A DNA stretch of 48,843 nucleotides from NCBI GenBank assembly GCA_947478745.1, contig CANJXE010000001.1, forward strand, positions 1 to 48,843. The letters are read 5' to 3'. Position 1 is the stretch's first letter. Each line of letters begins with the position of its first letter. Shown one piece after another: positions 35,774-45,394 of this stretch. The DNA is from Actinomycetota bacterium (lineage in GTDB: Bacteria; Actinomycetota; Thermoleophilia; Gaiellales; F1-60-MAGs149). A model generated the notes under the pieces. That model saw only the letters and a program-made list of their open reading frames with translations, did no database searches and had not been told where the DNA came from. A program made the position numbers and the translations under genes.

Positions 35774-36859
35774 CTACTCGGCGGCGACGGCATCCTCAGC
35801 GGCGACGGGTGCGTCGTCCGCAGGCGGCGCGGGGATCGGGATCACCTTGGCGGGCGCTGCGCTGCCGCCGGAGATCGTGATGCCCTGCTTCTCCTCGATG
35901 CGCCGCGTGATGCGCTCGAGGACGTCGGGATGCTCCTCGAGGAACCCGCGCACGTTGGCGCGACCCTGGCCGAGGCGCTCCTTCTCGAAGGAGAAGTACG
36001 AGCCCGACTTCTCGATGATCTCGTCCTCGAGGGCGACATCGAGGACGGAGCCGGCCCAGGAGATGCCGGTGCCGTAGATGATGTCGAACTCGCTCTGGCG
36101 GAACGGCGGGGCGACCTTGTTCTTGACGACCTTGACGCGGACGCGGTTGCCGATGGCGTCGGTGCCGTCCTTGAGCGTCTCGATGCGACGGATGTCGAGG
36201 CGCACCGACGAGTAGAACTTGAGCGCACGGCCACCTGTCGTGGTCTCGGGCGAACCGAACATGACGCCGATCTTCTCGCGCAGCTGGTTCGTGAAGATCG
36301 CGACCGTGCCGGTGCGGTTGAGGACGCCGGTGAGCTTGCGGAGGGCCTGGCTCATCAGTCGAGCCTGCAGGCCGACGAACGAATCGCCCATCTCGCCCTC
36401 GATCTCGGCGCGCGGGACGAGCGCGGCGACGGAGTCGATTGCGACGACGTCGAGGCCGCCGGAGCGGATCAGCATCTCGGCGATCTCGAGCGCCTGCTCG
36501 CCATTGTCCGGCTGGGAGACGAGGAGGTTGTCCACGTCGACGCCGATGTTGCGGGCGTAGGTCGGATCCATGGCGTGCTCGGCGTCGATGAACGCGCAGA
36601 CGCCGCCCTTGCGCTGGGCCTCGGCGATCACGTGGTAGACGAGCGTCGTCTTGCCGGAGGATTCGGGACCAAAGATCTCGCAGACGCGGCCGCGGGGCAG
36701 CCCGCCGACCCCGAGCGCGAGGTCGAGTCCGAGGCAGCCGGTCGAGATGGCGGGCACCAGGGTGCGCGTATCGTCCCCGAGGCGCATGACCGCACCCTTG
36801 CCGTACTGCTTCTCGATCTGGGCCAGCGCTGCGCCGACGGCCTTCTCTTTCTCGCTCAT
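35774..36859 (-). CDS. recA: Recombinase RecA
   Basis: [16 protein letters not shown], Walker [10 protein letters not shown] and IDAEHALD-type blocks. RBS GGAGG is present. Confidence 0.97.
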   Translation of the reverse strand: MSEKEKAVGAALAQIEKQYGKGAVMRLGDDTRTLVPAISTGCLGLDLALGVGGLPRGRVCEIFGPESSGKTTLVYHVIAEAQRKGGVCAFIDAEHAMDPTYARNIGVDVDNLLVSQPDNGEQALEIAEMLIRSGGLDVVAIDSVAALVPRAEIEGEMGDSFVGLQARLMSQALRKLTGVLNRTGTVAIFTNQLREKIGVMFGSPETTTGGRALKFYSSVRLDIRRIETLKDGTDAIGNRVRVKVVKNKVAPPFRQSEFDIIYGTGISWAGSVLDVALEDEIIEKSGSYFSFEKERLGQGRANVRGFLEEHPDVLERITRRIEEKQGITISGGSAAPAKVIPIPAPPADDAPVAAEDAVAAE

Positions 36860-36981
36860 GGGACCTCCTACCGGCCACGCCGGGATGGGATATGCGTCAA
36901 ATGCGGTGCCCTCAGTATGGCCACCGAATCGGACGCGTTGACGTGCCTGATGCGCGTGAGTCGCGCGCGGACTCGCCCCGC

Positions 36982-38253
36982 TTACGCGCGTGCGCTGCCG
37001 CGTGCCAGCAGGAGGCGCACGAGGTGCAGGGCAGCTGTCGCCGAGCTGTCACGGACCGCTCCGCGATCACCGGGGAAGCGGCGCTCCAGCTCCTCCAGGG
37101 CCCCATCCGGGCCCGCAACGGCGATGTGTACCAGCCCGACCGGCTTGTGCGCCGTGCCGCCGTCCGGTCCGGCGATGCCGGTGACGCCGATGCCGACATC
37201 GCAGCCCAGCCGCGCGCGAACGCCCTCGGCCAGCGCGATGGCGACCTGCGGCGAGACGGCGCCGTGCTCGGCGATCAGGGCGGCGGGCACGCCGACCTGA
37301 TCGGTCTTGACGTCGTTGGCGTAGGCCACGATGCCGCCGCGCAGCGTCGCGGACGCTCCGGCGACCGCGCCGAGTCGGGCCGCGATCATGCCGGCGGTGC
37401 AGCTCTCGGCGGTGCCGATTGTGAGCCCACGCTCGATCAGGGTCTCCACCACGCGCTGCTCGACCGTGCGGTCGTCCTGCGCGTAGACGGCGTCGCCGAA
37501 CTCGGCGACGAGTCCGTCCGCGAGCCGGTTGCCGGCCTCGCGCGCGTCGGCGGGGAAGCGCACGACGACCTCGACCTCGAGGCGTGTTGCGCAGATGGAC
37601 GTCTCCGTGCCGTGGTCGTCCCCTCCCAGCAGCTCGAAGGTGCGCGCGACCGTGGACTCCGGCGTGCTCCAGATGCGCAGGATGCGACGCTCGAGCTGCG
37701 CGCTCAGGAGCTCGGCCAGCGCGGGGTGTGCGAGCGCGCGCGCCCAGACGTCGGCGAGCTCAGTCGGCGGGCCGGGCAGCACCACGATCGTCGTGGTCCC
37801 GGGCACGATCACGCCGGGCGCGGTGCCCGCGGGGGACAGCACATGGGCGCCGGCGGGCACCATCGCCTGCTTGCGGGCGCCGGGCAGCAGCCGTTCCACC
37901 GGCACGCCGCGCTGGGCCGCGTAGCCGGTGACGATGTCGGTGATCTCAGCCAGCGTGGGCTGATCCAGGACGAGCTCCCGTCCCGTGGCGTCGGCGACGA
38001 TCGCGACGGTGCGGTCGTCGTGCGTCGGACCGAGTCCGCCCGAGGTGCAGATCAGGTCGTAGCCCTCCGCGATCAGCGCGTCGAGAGCTGCGCGCAGGTG
38101 CTCCTCGCGATCGTCGACCGCGACGATGCGCTCGAGGCGGACGCCATGGGCGTCGAGCGAGCGGGCCAAGGTGCCGCTGTTGCGATCCTGCGTCCGGCCG
38201 AGCAGGATCTCGGATCCCGTCACGAGGATGGCGGCGGTGCGGCGACGGCTCAC
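36982..38253 (-). CDS. cinA: Competence/damage-inducible protein CinA (MoCF-like N-domain plus PncC NMN amidohydrolase)
   Basis: N-terminus [17 protein letters not shown], with the C-terminal PncC block [14 protein letters not shown]. Confidence 0.85.
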   Translation of the reverse strand: MSRRRTAAILVTGSEILLGRTQDRNSGTLARSLDAHGVRLERIVAVDDREEHLRAALDALIAEGYDLICTSGGLGPTHDDRTVAIVADATGRELVLDQPTLAEITDIVTGYAAQRGVPVERLLPGARKQAMVPAGAHVLSPAGTAPGVIVPGTTTIVVLPGPPTELADVWARALAHPALAELLSAQLERRILRIWSTPESTVARTFELLGGDDHGTETSICATRLEVEVVVRFPADAREAGNRLADGLVAEFGDAVYAQDDRTVEQRVVETLIERGLTIGTAESCTAGMIAARLGAVAGASATLRGGIVAYANDVKTDQVGVPAALIAEHGAVSPQVAIALAEGVRARLGCDVGIGVTGIAGPDGGTAHKPVGLVHIAVAGPDGALEELERRFPGDRGAVRDSSATAALHLVRLLLARGSARA

Positions 38254-39044
38254 GGCGTCACCGCCGCGACGCGGCCGTTGGGATCGACCGACAGCAGGGT
38301 ATCGGTGGGCCCGGGCACGACCGGGCTGCCGTTGACGACGAGCGTGACGGTGTTGGGCCGGTCCAGGCGGATCAGGTAGCCGGAGGCGGACTTGGGCAGG
38401 CGGATGCCATCGGGTCGTGCAGGATCCGGGTTCAGCACCTCCTGGAGGAGCGGTTCGGACGTGTCAGCCGCCCCGAGGGCGCGCACCGTCAGCGTCGTCT
38501 GCGCGGTGGGCTTGATGAACACGACGGCTTGCGCGGCGGCCGAGGTGGAGTCGGGTGCGGTCTGGGCTGTGACTGCGGTGGCCACCGGGTTGACGGCCTC
38601 CTCGGTGACGGTCACGATGCTCGCCGGGTTGGTCGGTGCGGTCGGTGTGTTGCGCGACGAGGGGTAGGTCGAGGCGATCACGATCAGCACCGCCACGGCC
38701 ACGATGCCGACGACGGCGACGACCACGATGCTCGACTCGCGCCCGCGTCGGCCGGCGCGTGCGGTGCGACGGCGCGGGAACATCACCTCGTCGTCGAGCT
38801 CCCAGGGTGCCGCCTCGAAGCGCACGTTGAACTCGTCGATCAGGACCTGGGGATCCAGGCCGAGCAGCTCGCCGTACGAGCGCAGGAAGCCGCGCGCATA
38901 GGTCGGGCCGGGCAGGCGATCGAAGGCCTCTTCCTCGAGGGCGACGAGGTACGACGGGCGGATCTTCGTCGCCTCGGCCGCATCGTCGAGGGAGATGCCC
39001 TGCTGCTCGCGGGCGGTCTTGAGGGTGGCGCCGATGTCCAGCAC
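38250..39044 (-). CDS. RodZ-like helix-turn-helix membrane protein
   Basis: The XRE-type HTH is IGATLKTAREQQGISLDDAAEATKIRPSYLVALEEE, followed by ARGFLRSY and the TM helix IVVVAVVGIVAVAVLIVI. The C-terminal domain is DUF4115-like. Its stop overlaps the cinA start. Confidence 0.7.
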   Translation of the reverse strand: MLDIGATLKTAREQQGISLDDAAEATKIRPSYLVALEEEAFDRLPGPTYARGFLRSYGELLGLDPQVLIDEFNVRFEAAPWELDDEVMFPRRRTARAGRRGRESSIVVVAVVGIVAVAVLIVIASTYPSSRNTPTAPTNPASIVTVTEEAVNPVATAVTAQTAPDSTSAAAQAVVFIKPTAQTTLTVRALGAADTSEPLLQEVLNPDPARPDGIRLPKSASGYLIRLDRPNTVTLVVNGSPVVPGPTDTLLSVDPNGRVAAVTP

Positions 39045-39074
39045 TCCCCCAGTCTATCCGGGCCCCGGCGTCGG

Positions 39075-39800
39075 TCAGCGCGCTTCAGCGGCGAAGCGGT
39101 AGCCGACGCCGTAGTGCGTGTGGACGTAGTCGTGCGAAACGCTGCGGCGATCCACCTTCTCGCGGATCTTGCGGATGCAGACGTCGACGGTGCGATCGCG
39201 GTGGCGATACGGCACGCCCCAGACGCGTCGCTGCAGCTCGTCGCGGGACAGCGCACGTCCCTCCTGACGGGCGAGCGCGACGACGAGGCGGAACTCGGTC
39301 GGCGTCAGCTGCGTGTCCTCCCACTCGGCGTCGGTCTGGTCGGCGGCGGTGCGGACGAAGGCCCGTCGCAGGTCCGGATCGATGCGAAGGCCGTCGACGT
39401 GCACGGCCTCGCCGCGCGGCTCGGAGGCCGCGACGAGGCGCGTGCGCCGCAGCAGGGCCTCGATGCGCGCGATCAGCTCACGCATGCCGAAGGGCTTGGA
39501 AAGATAGTCGTCGGCGCCGATCTCGAGCGTGTGCACCTTGTCGTGCTCGGACCCGCGGGCGGACACCACGATCACCGGCACGCCCAGGTGGTCCTCGCGG
39601 ATCGCCTCGGTGACGGCCCAGCCATCGAGGCCGGGCAGCATCAGATCGACGATCGCCACATCGGGGCGGGCGTGGCGGAGGCGTCGCAGCCCCCGCTCCC
39701 CGTCTTCGGCGAGATCCACGTCGTAGCCCGCGTGGCGGAGGTGCATGGCCATGGCCTTGCCCAGAATCGGGTCGTCTTCAATCACGAGTACGCTCGTCAT
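39075..39800 (-). CDS. OmpR/PhoB-family response regulator
   Basis: ATG at 39800 (MTSVLVIEDD). The receiver Asp lies in AIVDLMLPGLDG. The winged-helix C-terminus reads TVDVCIRKIREKV...THYGVGYRF. Confidence 0.9.
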   Translation of the reverse strand: MTSVLVIEDDPILGKAMAMHLRHAGYDVDLAEDGERGLRRLRHARPDVAIVDLMLPGLDGWAVTEAIREDHLGVPVIVVSARGSEHDKVHTLEIGADDYLSKPFGMRELIARIEALLRRTRLVAASEPRGEAVHVDGLRIDPDLRRAFVRTAADQTDAEWEDTQLTPTEFRLVVALARQEGRALSRDELQRRVWGVPYRHRDRTVDVCIRKIREKVDRRSVSHDYVHTHYGVGYRFAAEAR

Positions 39801-39855
39801 GCCTGCAAGGTATGGCGGCAGCCCGCTCCCGTGGGTTGCGGCGTGGGAGCAGTGT

Positions 39856-39872
39856 GGTGACGAAGTGGTAGA
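39856..39872 (+). promoter_or_regulatory. Two 11-bp-phased GGTnAC-like repeats in the regulator/kinase divergent intergenic region
   Basis: GGTGACGAAGTGGTAGA. The first 14 nt match GGTTACGAAGTGGT in the pstS-ppk intergenic region at 13 of 14 positions. Confidence 0.3.
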
Positions 39873-39913
39873 CGCGGTGCGGCGTGCAGCTCTCGCCCGC
39901 CTATCCTGCAGCG

Positions 39914-41026
39914 ATGGACCTGCTGCTCCCCCTCGTGCTGCTCGCCGTCGGAGTGGCTGCCGGATGGCTGCTGCGCGGTCGGCGGAGCGCAGCGGCTGCA
40001 CCGGACGAGCCCGCGGCGACCGACGGCCAGTCCGGCGCGCGCTGGCACGCGGACGTGCGTGCCATTGCCGACGCCGCTTCGACCTTCGCCTTGATCATCG
40101 ATTCGGAGGGCACCGTCGTCCACGTCAATGAGTCGGCCCGCTCTGCGCTCCCGGCCGTCCAGGTCGGTACGAGCCTCGCGGCGATCTCCCCGCCGCTGGC
40201 CGATCTCGTGCGCCGCGCGGTCGTCGGCGATGACGGTGCATCCGAGGAGCGGGTCTTCCTCGGCGAGCCGCCGCGCTCCCTGAACGTCATCACGGTGGCC
40301 TTCGCCGGTGGGGTGCTCGCGTCGCTGTATGACGTCACCGAGGACGTCGACTTCGACGAGGCGCGCCGGACGTTCTCGGCCGCGGTCTCCCATGAGCTAC
40401 GCACCCCCCTGGCCCGCATCCTCGGGCTCGCCGAGTCGCTCGGTCTGCCGAATACCGACGATGAGCGCGAGGAGCTCGTGACGCAGATCGAGCACGAGGT
40501 GGATGGCATGCGCCAGCTGATCGACGAGATGCTCCTGCTCGCCGCGCTGGATCGCGGTCGGCTGGCCGTGATCGGCGGCGTCGTCGATGCGGGTGGGGTT
40601 GCCTCCGACATCGTCGAGGCGGCCAAGCAGCGACGCATCGGCCGTGGCCGCGACATCACGTGCACGGTCACGGGAGAGGTCGACGTGCCCGTCGCCCAGC
40701 GCCTGTTCGAGGTCGTGGTGCAGAACCTCGTCGACAACGCCCTCATCCACGGTGGTCCCGCCGCCGCCGTGCTCGTGTCCGTGCGGGCCGAGGGTGACGA
40801 CGCCGTGATCACCGTCGCCGACACGGGGATCGGCATCGCGTCGCAGCACCTGCCCTTCGTGTTCCAGCGCTTCTACCGCGGCGAGGCATCGCGGACCGGA
40901 CCCGGTTCCGGGCTCGGTCTCGCGCTCGTCAAGCACATCGTCGAGGCGCACGGCGGTGCCGTCACCGCCGAGTCGGACGGGACGAGCGGCACGCTGCTGC
41001 GCGTCACGCTGCCCCGCGTGTCCTGA
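39914..41026 (+). CDS. Sensor histidine kinase (PhoR/SenX3-like: one N-terminal TM helix, PAS-like domain, HisKA, HATPase)
   Basis: H-box FSAAVSHELRTPL, N-box VVQNLVDNALIHG and G-boxes DTGIGI / GSGLGLALV. ATG 39914 was chosen; GTG 39884 is an alternative. Confidence 0.85.
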   Translation: MDLLLPLVLLAVGVAAGWLLRGRRSAAAAPDEPAATDGQSGARWHADVRAIADAASTFALIIDSEGTVVHVNESARSALPAVQVGTSLAAISPPLADLVRRAVVGDDGASEERVFLGEPPRSLNVITVAFAGGVLASLYDVTEDVDFDEARRTFSAAVSHELRTPLARILGLAESLGLPNTDDEREELVTQIEHEVDGMRQLIDEMLLLAALDRGRLAVIGGVVDAGGVASDIVEAAKQRRIGRGRDITCTVTGEVDVPVAQRLFEVVVQNLVDNALIHGGPAAAVLVSVRAEGDDAVITVADTGIGIASQHLPFVFQRFYRGEASRTGPGSGLGLALVKHIVEAHGGAVTAESDGTSGTLLRVTLPRVS

Positions 41027-41755
41027 TCAGACCTCCAGCTTCGCCTCGGGCTCGAAGCGGTAGCCGATGCCGTAGTGCGTCTGGATGAAGGTGTAGTCGG
41101 GGGAGCGCGCGTCGAGCTTCTCGCGGATCTTGCGCACGCAGACGTCGACGATGCGATCGCGGGGACGGTGCGGCGTCCCCCACACCCGCTGCTGGACCTC
41201 GTCGCGGCTCAGCACCTTGCCGCGCGCCCGCGCCAGGGTGACGACCAGGCGGAACTCGCGCACGGTCAGTTCGGCATCGACCCACGTGCCCGGAGACGTC
41301 TCGACGAGCGCGCGGTGCGTCAGGAAGTCGATGCGGATGCCGGGCGCCTCGAGCGACTCCTCCTCGCGCTCGAGCACCGCCGGTGCCGTGCGGCCCGAAC
41401 GGCGCAGCGCCGCGTCAACGCGCGCCACCAACTCGCGCATCGAGGCGGGCTTGACGAGGTAGTCGTCAGCGCCGATGCCGAGCGTGTGCACCTTGTCGTG
41501 CTCGGACGAGCGGGCCGACAGCACGATCACGGGGATGTCGATACCCTCGGCCCGCATCTGCTCGATCACGCCCCAGCCGTCGGTGCCGGGCATCATCAGA
41601 TCGACCACGCAGACGTCGGGGCGCTCGAAGCGCACCTTCTTGAGGCCGCGATCACCATCGGCGGCCCACTCGACGGCGTGGCCGGCGTTGGTCAGATGGC
41701 GGCGCATGATGCCCGCCAGCGTCTCGTCGTCCTCGATGATCAGCACGGTGGGCAT
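41027..41755 (-). CDS. OmpR/PhoB-family response regulator (PhoP/RegX3-like by context)
   Basis: MPTVLIIEDD, with the receiver Asp in CVVDLMMPGTDG and the C-terminus IVDVCVRKIREKL...THYGIGYRF. Its stop codon directly abuts the stop of the convergent kinase gene. Confidence 0.9.
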   Translation of the reverse strand: MPTVLIIEDDETLAGIMRRHLTNAGHAVEWAADGDRGLKKVRFERPDVCVVDLMMPGTDGWGVIEQMRAEGIDIPVIVLSARSSEHDKVHTLGIGADDYLVKPASMRELVARVDAALRRSGRTAPAVLEREEESLEAPGIRIDFLTHRALVETSPGTWVDAELTVREFRLVVTLARARGKVLSRDEVQQRVWGTPHRPRDRIVDVCVRKIREKLDARSPDYTFIQTHYGIGYRFEPEAKLEV

Positions 41756-41826
41756 GGGACTACCTTAACCCGGCTGCCCGGAACGGGGTTCGGTGTATGC
41801 TTGCGCCGTCCGCTTCGGCGGTACAT

Positions 41827-41901
41827 GGTGGGCGTAGCTCAGCTGGTGGTAGCTCCTGGTTGTGGTCCAGGCGGTCGTGGGTTCGAGTCCCATCGCTCAC
41901 C
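41827..41901 (+). tRNA. tRNA-His (anticodon GTG) with encoded G-1
   Basis: The fold reads G-1, acceptor GTGGGCG, TA, D-arm GCTC-AGCTGGTGG-TAGC, T, anticodon stem CCTGG-TTGTGGT-CCAGG, variable CGGTC, T-arm GTGGG-TTCGAGT-CCCAT, acceptor CGCTCAC, then C73. G-1:C73 is the His identity element. The sequence after C73 is CCT, so CCA is incomplete. Confidence 0.9.
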
Positions 41902-41908
41902 CCTTGCA

Positions 41909-41984
41909 GGGGCGCACGGTCCGTACGGGCCTCATGCGCCCTCGCCGGGGCGCACGGCCCACACGGGCCTCATGCGCCCTCGCC
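41909..41984. repeat. Tandem duplication of a 38-bp hairpin-forming unit (35/38 identical)
   Basis: The units are ggggcgcacggtccgtacgggcctcatgcgccctcgcc (41909-41946) and ggggcgcacggcccacacgggcctcatgcgccctcgcc (41947-41984). Each contains the inverted repeat gggcgca...tgcgccc plus an inner 5-bp stem. Confidence 0.85.
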
Positions 41985-42641
41985 GGGTCGACCCATGGCC
42001 TCACCCGTGACCAGATAGGTGACGCGCTCGGCGACGTTGACGGCGTGGTCGCCCACGCGCTCCAGCCAGCGTCCTGCGAAGAGCATGCGCGACGCCCACT
42101 GGCGCAGCTCGGGGTCGGTGATGTCGATGGCGAGGATCGTGTCGGCGATCTTCTCGTTCTCGCGGTCGACCAGCTCGTCGAGCGTCGAGAGCAGACGCGT
42201 GGCGTTGGCGTCACGGCGTTCGAAGGCATCCATCGCGGTGCGGATCATCTCGGCGCCGCGCTCGCCCATGGCGCGCAGCGCGTCGGTGATCACGGCCTCC
42301 TCGACGAGCGCCCGGCGCGGCGGCGGCGTCGCGAGATGCGCGACGCGCACGGCGTTGTGCGCGGCGCGCTCCACGCTGCGATTGATGTGCAGCGCGGCCA
42401 GGACCAGGCGCAGGTCGCTGGCCACGGGGGCCTGACGCGCGAGAATCGACTCGACGCGCTGCTCGGTCAGGAGATACCCCTGCGTCACCTCGACCTCGGC
42501 CGCGAGCGTGGCCTCGAAGGCCTCGACGCTCCAGTCGACCAGCGCGCGGGTGGCCTCGGCGACAGCGTGTGCCGTGAGGCGACCCTCCTCCTGAATCCCG
42601 CCGCAGAGCTCGTCGAGCTCCTCCTGCAGTCCCTCTCTCAT
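41970..42641 (-). CDS. phoU: Phosphate signalling complex protein PhoU
   Basis: ATG at 42641 ([12 protein letters not shown]) overlaps the pstB stop. The two PhoU repeats show [11 protein letters not shown] and [14 protein letters not shown]. Confidence 0.9.
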   Translation of the reverse strand: MREGLQEELDELCGGIQEEGRLTAHAVAEATRALVDWSVEAFEATLAAEVEVTQGYLLTEQRVESILARQAPVASDLRLVLAALHINRSVERAAHNAVRVAHLATPPPRRALVEEAVITDALRAMGERGAEMIRTAMDAFERRDANATRLLSTLDELVDRENEKIADTILAIDITDPELRQWASRMLFAGRWLERVGDHAVNVAERVTYLVTGEAMGRPGEGA

Positions 42642-43522
42642 CCGAACCGTCCCGTCACGTAGGCCTCTGTCCGCTCGTTGGCGGGCTTGGTGAAGATCCT
42701 GTCCGTCGCGTCGACCTCGATCAGCACGCCGGTGCGCGGGCCGGTCTCGCCCTGATCGACCGAGAAGAAGGCGGTGATGTCGGCGACGCGGGCCGCCTGC
42801 TGCATGTTGTGGGTGACGATGACCACGGTGTAGTCGTTCTTGAGCGTCATCATCAGGTCCTCGATCGCCGCGGTCGAGATCGGGTCGAGCGCCGAGCAGG
42901 GCTCGTCCATCAGGATCACGTCGGGCTCCACGGCGAGCGCACGGGCGATGCACAGGCGCTGCTGCTGGCCGCCGGAGAGGCCGAGGGCACCGGACTTGAG
43001 GCGGTCCTTGACCTCGTCCCAGAGCGCGGCGCGCCGCAGGGCCTGCTCGACGCGGTCGTCGAGGCTGTCCTTCATCCCGAGGACGCGCGGCCCGAAGGCG
43101 ACGTTGTCGTAGATCGACTTGGGGAACGGGTTGGGCTTCTGGAAGACCATGCCGATGCGCTTGCGCACCTCGATGGCGTCGATATCGGGTCCGTAGAGGT
43201 TCTCCCCGTGGTAGAGGCAGGCGCCATCGACGGCCGCCCCCGGGATCAGGTCGTTCATCCGGTTGAGGCAGCGCAGGAAGGTGCTCTTGCCGCAGCCGGA
43301 GGGCCCGATCAGGGCCGTTACGGCGTGGCTGTGGATCTGCAGGTCCACATCGCGCAGGGCGCGCGTGCCGTGGTAGCGGACGCCGAGGCCCTGGCAGTCG
43401 AAGACGGTCTCACGGCCCATCGGTGCCACGCTGCCGCCGACGGCGGGGTGTGCGACCGCTGCCGCATCGAGGTGGATGCCCGTGGGCCTCTGGTGCTCTG
43501 CGGAGTCGGACTGCGCGTCCAC
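42638..43522 (-). CDS. pstB: Phosphate ABC transporter ATP-binding protein PstB
   Basis: Walker [10 protein letters not shown], signature LSGGQQQRL and Walker B ILMDEP. GTG 43522 lies 2 nt after the pstA stop and the extension has high GC3. The conservative alternative start is ATG 43420 ([12 protein letters not shown]). Confidence 0.9.
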   Translation of the reverse strand: MDAQSDSAEHQRPTGIHLDAAAVAHPAVGGSVAPMGRETVFDCQGLGVRYHGTRALRDVDLQIHSHAVTALIGPSGCGKSTFLRCLNRMNDLIPGAAVDGACLYHGENLYGPDIDAIEVRKRIGMVFQKPNPFPKSIYDNVAFGPRVLGMKDSLDDRVEQALRRAALWDEVKDRLKSGALGLSGGQQQRLCIARALAVEPDVILMDEPCSALDPISTAAIEDLMMTLKNDYTVVIVTHNMQQAARVADITAFFSVDQGETGPRTGVLIEVDATDRIFTKPANERTEAYVTGRFG

Positions 43523-43524
43523 GC

Positions 43525-44433
43525 CTACCACTTCCTCTCGTACCGATTGCGCATCCAGATCGCGATCCCGTTCATCGAGATGAGGATCACGAGCAGGACG
43601 ATGATAGCCGCGGCCGCCAGGCCTTGGAACTCGGCCTGCGGGAGCCGGATCCACTGGTAGATCAGGATCGGGAGCACCGTGTACTGCGAGAGCAGGCTCG
43701 GATTGAACGACACGAACGTGGCCGCGCCGACCATCAGGAGCGGCGCGGTCTCACCGATCGCGCGCGACAGCCCCAGAATCGAGCCCGTGGCGATGCCGGG
43801 GATCGCGGCGGGCAGGACCTCGCGACGCACGACCTGGAGCCGCGTCGCACCGAGCGCCATGCCGCCCTGGCGAACCGTGGCGGGCACGGCGCGCAGCGCC
43901 TCGCGGGTGGCGATGATCACGGTCGGCAGCATCTGCAGGCCGAGGATCAGCGCGCCGGCCAGCAGCACGGGGCCGAGGCCCAGTCCGCGCACCAGGAAGG
44001 CCAGGCCGAGGATGCCGAAGATGATCGAGGGAATCGCTGCCAGGTTCTGGATGTTGAGCTCGATCAGGCGGATCCACCAGCGGTCCTTCGGGGCGAACTC
44101 CTCGAGGTACACCGCGGTGCCGATTGCGACCGGCAGCGCGGTGGCGACCAGCACGACGGCCATCAGCACGCTCGCCAGGATCGCAGGGCGGGCGCCGGCG
44201 ATGTTGGGGTCCATCGACGGGCCGTTGGTGAAGAGGATCGGGTCGAGGTACGGCAGCCCGTCCTGGAGCACGGTGAACAGCAGCACAGCGAGCGAGATCA
44301 GGCCGACTGCCGTTGACAGCATGATGAACGCCACGAAGATCGTCGCGGTGATGCTGCGGTGCCGATGGCCGGTGAGCGACGCGTGCACGCTGCGCTGCGC
44401 GGCCGCGGTGGCCGTGCGGGTCGCGCCGTTCAT
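43525..44433 (-). CDS. pstA: Phosphate ABC transporter permease PstA
   Basis: ATG at 44433 overlaps the pstC stop (ATGA). The EAA-like loop is [15 protein letters not shown]. Confidence 0.9.
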   Translation of the reverse strand: MNGATRTATAAAQRSVHASLTGHRHRSITATIFVAFIMLSTAVGLISLAVLLFTVLQDGLPYLDPILFTNGPSMDPNIAGARPAILASVLMAVVLVATALPVAIGTAVYLEEFAPKDRWWIRLIELNIQNLAAIPSIIFGILGLAFLVRGLGLGPVLLAGALILGLQMLPTVIIATREALRAVPATVRQGGMALGATRLQVVRREVLPAAIPGIATGSILGLSRAIGETAPLLMVGAATFVSFNPSLLSQYTVLPILIYQWIRLPQAEFQGLAAAAIIVLLVILISMNGIAIWMRNRYERKW

Positions 44434-45365
44434 TCGTAGACCTCCCGGAAGCGGCGCACCATGCGAATCGCGAAGATGTTCAGCACGAACGTGATCACGA
44501 ACAGCGTCAGGCCCACGGCGAAGATCGTCTTGTACGAGATCGAGCCGACCGGGACGTCGCCGGCCCCGGTGGCGGCGATGAACGCCGTCATCGTCTCGAC
44601 CGTCGAGCCGGGGCGCATCGTGGTCTGCGCCAGCTGGCCCGCGGCGATCAGGACGATCGTCGTCTCGCCGATGGCGCGCGAGATCGCGAGGACGAACGAG
44701 GCGGCGATGCCGGAGATCGCCGCCGGCACGACCACGCGGGTCGAGACCTGGAAGCGGTTGGCGCCGAGTCCGAAGGAGCCCTCGCGCAGCGAGCTCGGCA
44801 CGGCCTTCATCGCGTCCTCCGAGAGCGATGCCACGGTCGGGAGCAGCAGGATGCCGATGATGATGCCGGCGGAGAAGGCGTTGAAGATCTCGACCTGCCA
44901 GCCGAGCGTGCGCAGCAGCGGCGTCAGGAACGTCAGGGCGAAGTACCCGAGCACGACCGTGGGGATGCCGGCCAGCACCTCGAGCACCGGCTTGATCACC
45001 GCGCGGGCCTTGGGGTGCGCGTACTCGCTCAGGTAGATCGCGGTGGCGAGGCCGAGCGGCAGGCAGACCACGCAGGCCCACAGGGTCGTGTTGAGAGTGC
45101 CCACGATCAGGGGCAGCACGCCGAAGGAGGCGGGCTTGAAGAGCGGCGCCCAGTCGGTCGTCGTGAAGAACTCGACGGGCGAGACCTCGCCGAAGAACTG
45201 GAGGCTCGGCACGAGTAGGGCGATCACGATCCCGACGGTCACGAGGATCGAGATCGCCGCGCACAGGGCGAGCGCGCCGATCACGACGCGCTCGCCTGTG
45301 CGGCGGTTCCGGACGGTCAGCGAGGAGCGACCATCCGGAACCCGATGAGGAGGGGCAATGGCCAC
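44430..45365 (-). CDS. pstC: Phosphate ABC transporter permease PstC
   Basis: Six TM helices and the EAA loop ISRAIGETTIVLIAAG. GTG start per ORF track. Confidence 0.9.
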   Translation of the reverse strand: MAIAPPHRVPDGRSSLTVRNRRTGERVVIGALALCAAISILVTVGIVIALLVPSLQFFGEVSPVEFFTTTDWAPLFKPASFGVLPLIVGTLNTTLWACVVCLPLGLATAIYLSEYAHPKARAVIKPVLEVLAGIPTVVLGYFALTFLTPLLRTLGWQVEIFNAFSAGIIIGILLLPTVASLSEDAMKAVPSSLREGSFGLGANRFQVSTRVVVPAAISGIAASFVLAISRAIGETTIVLIAAGQLAQTTMRPGSTVETMTAFIAATGAGDVPVGSISYKTIFAVGLTLFVITFVLNIFAIRMVRRFREVYE

Positions 45366-45394
45366 GAGGTGAGGCTAGTCGCCCGACCGGTCGC

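Noticed and set aside
35168-38379. Plus-strand ORFs of 710 aa (35168-37300) and 495 aa (36892-38379).
   Set aside because: They are antisense to recX, recA and cinA and show low-complexity Asp/Arg/Gly/Ala composition.
41909-41984. Possible CRISPR array, suggested by two identical-length GC-rich palindromic repeats.
   Set aside because: There are only two units and they directly abut with no spacer. No cas genes or leader are present. The pattern fits a duplicated terminator hairpin better.
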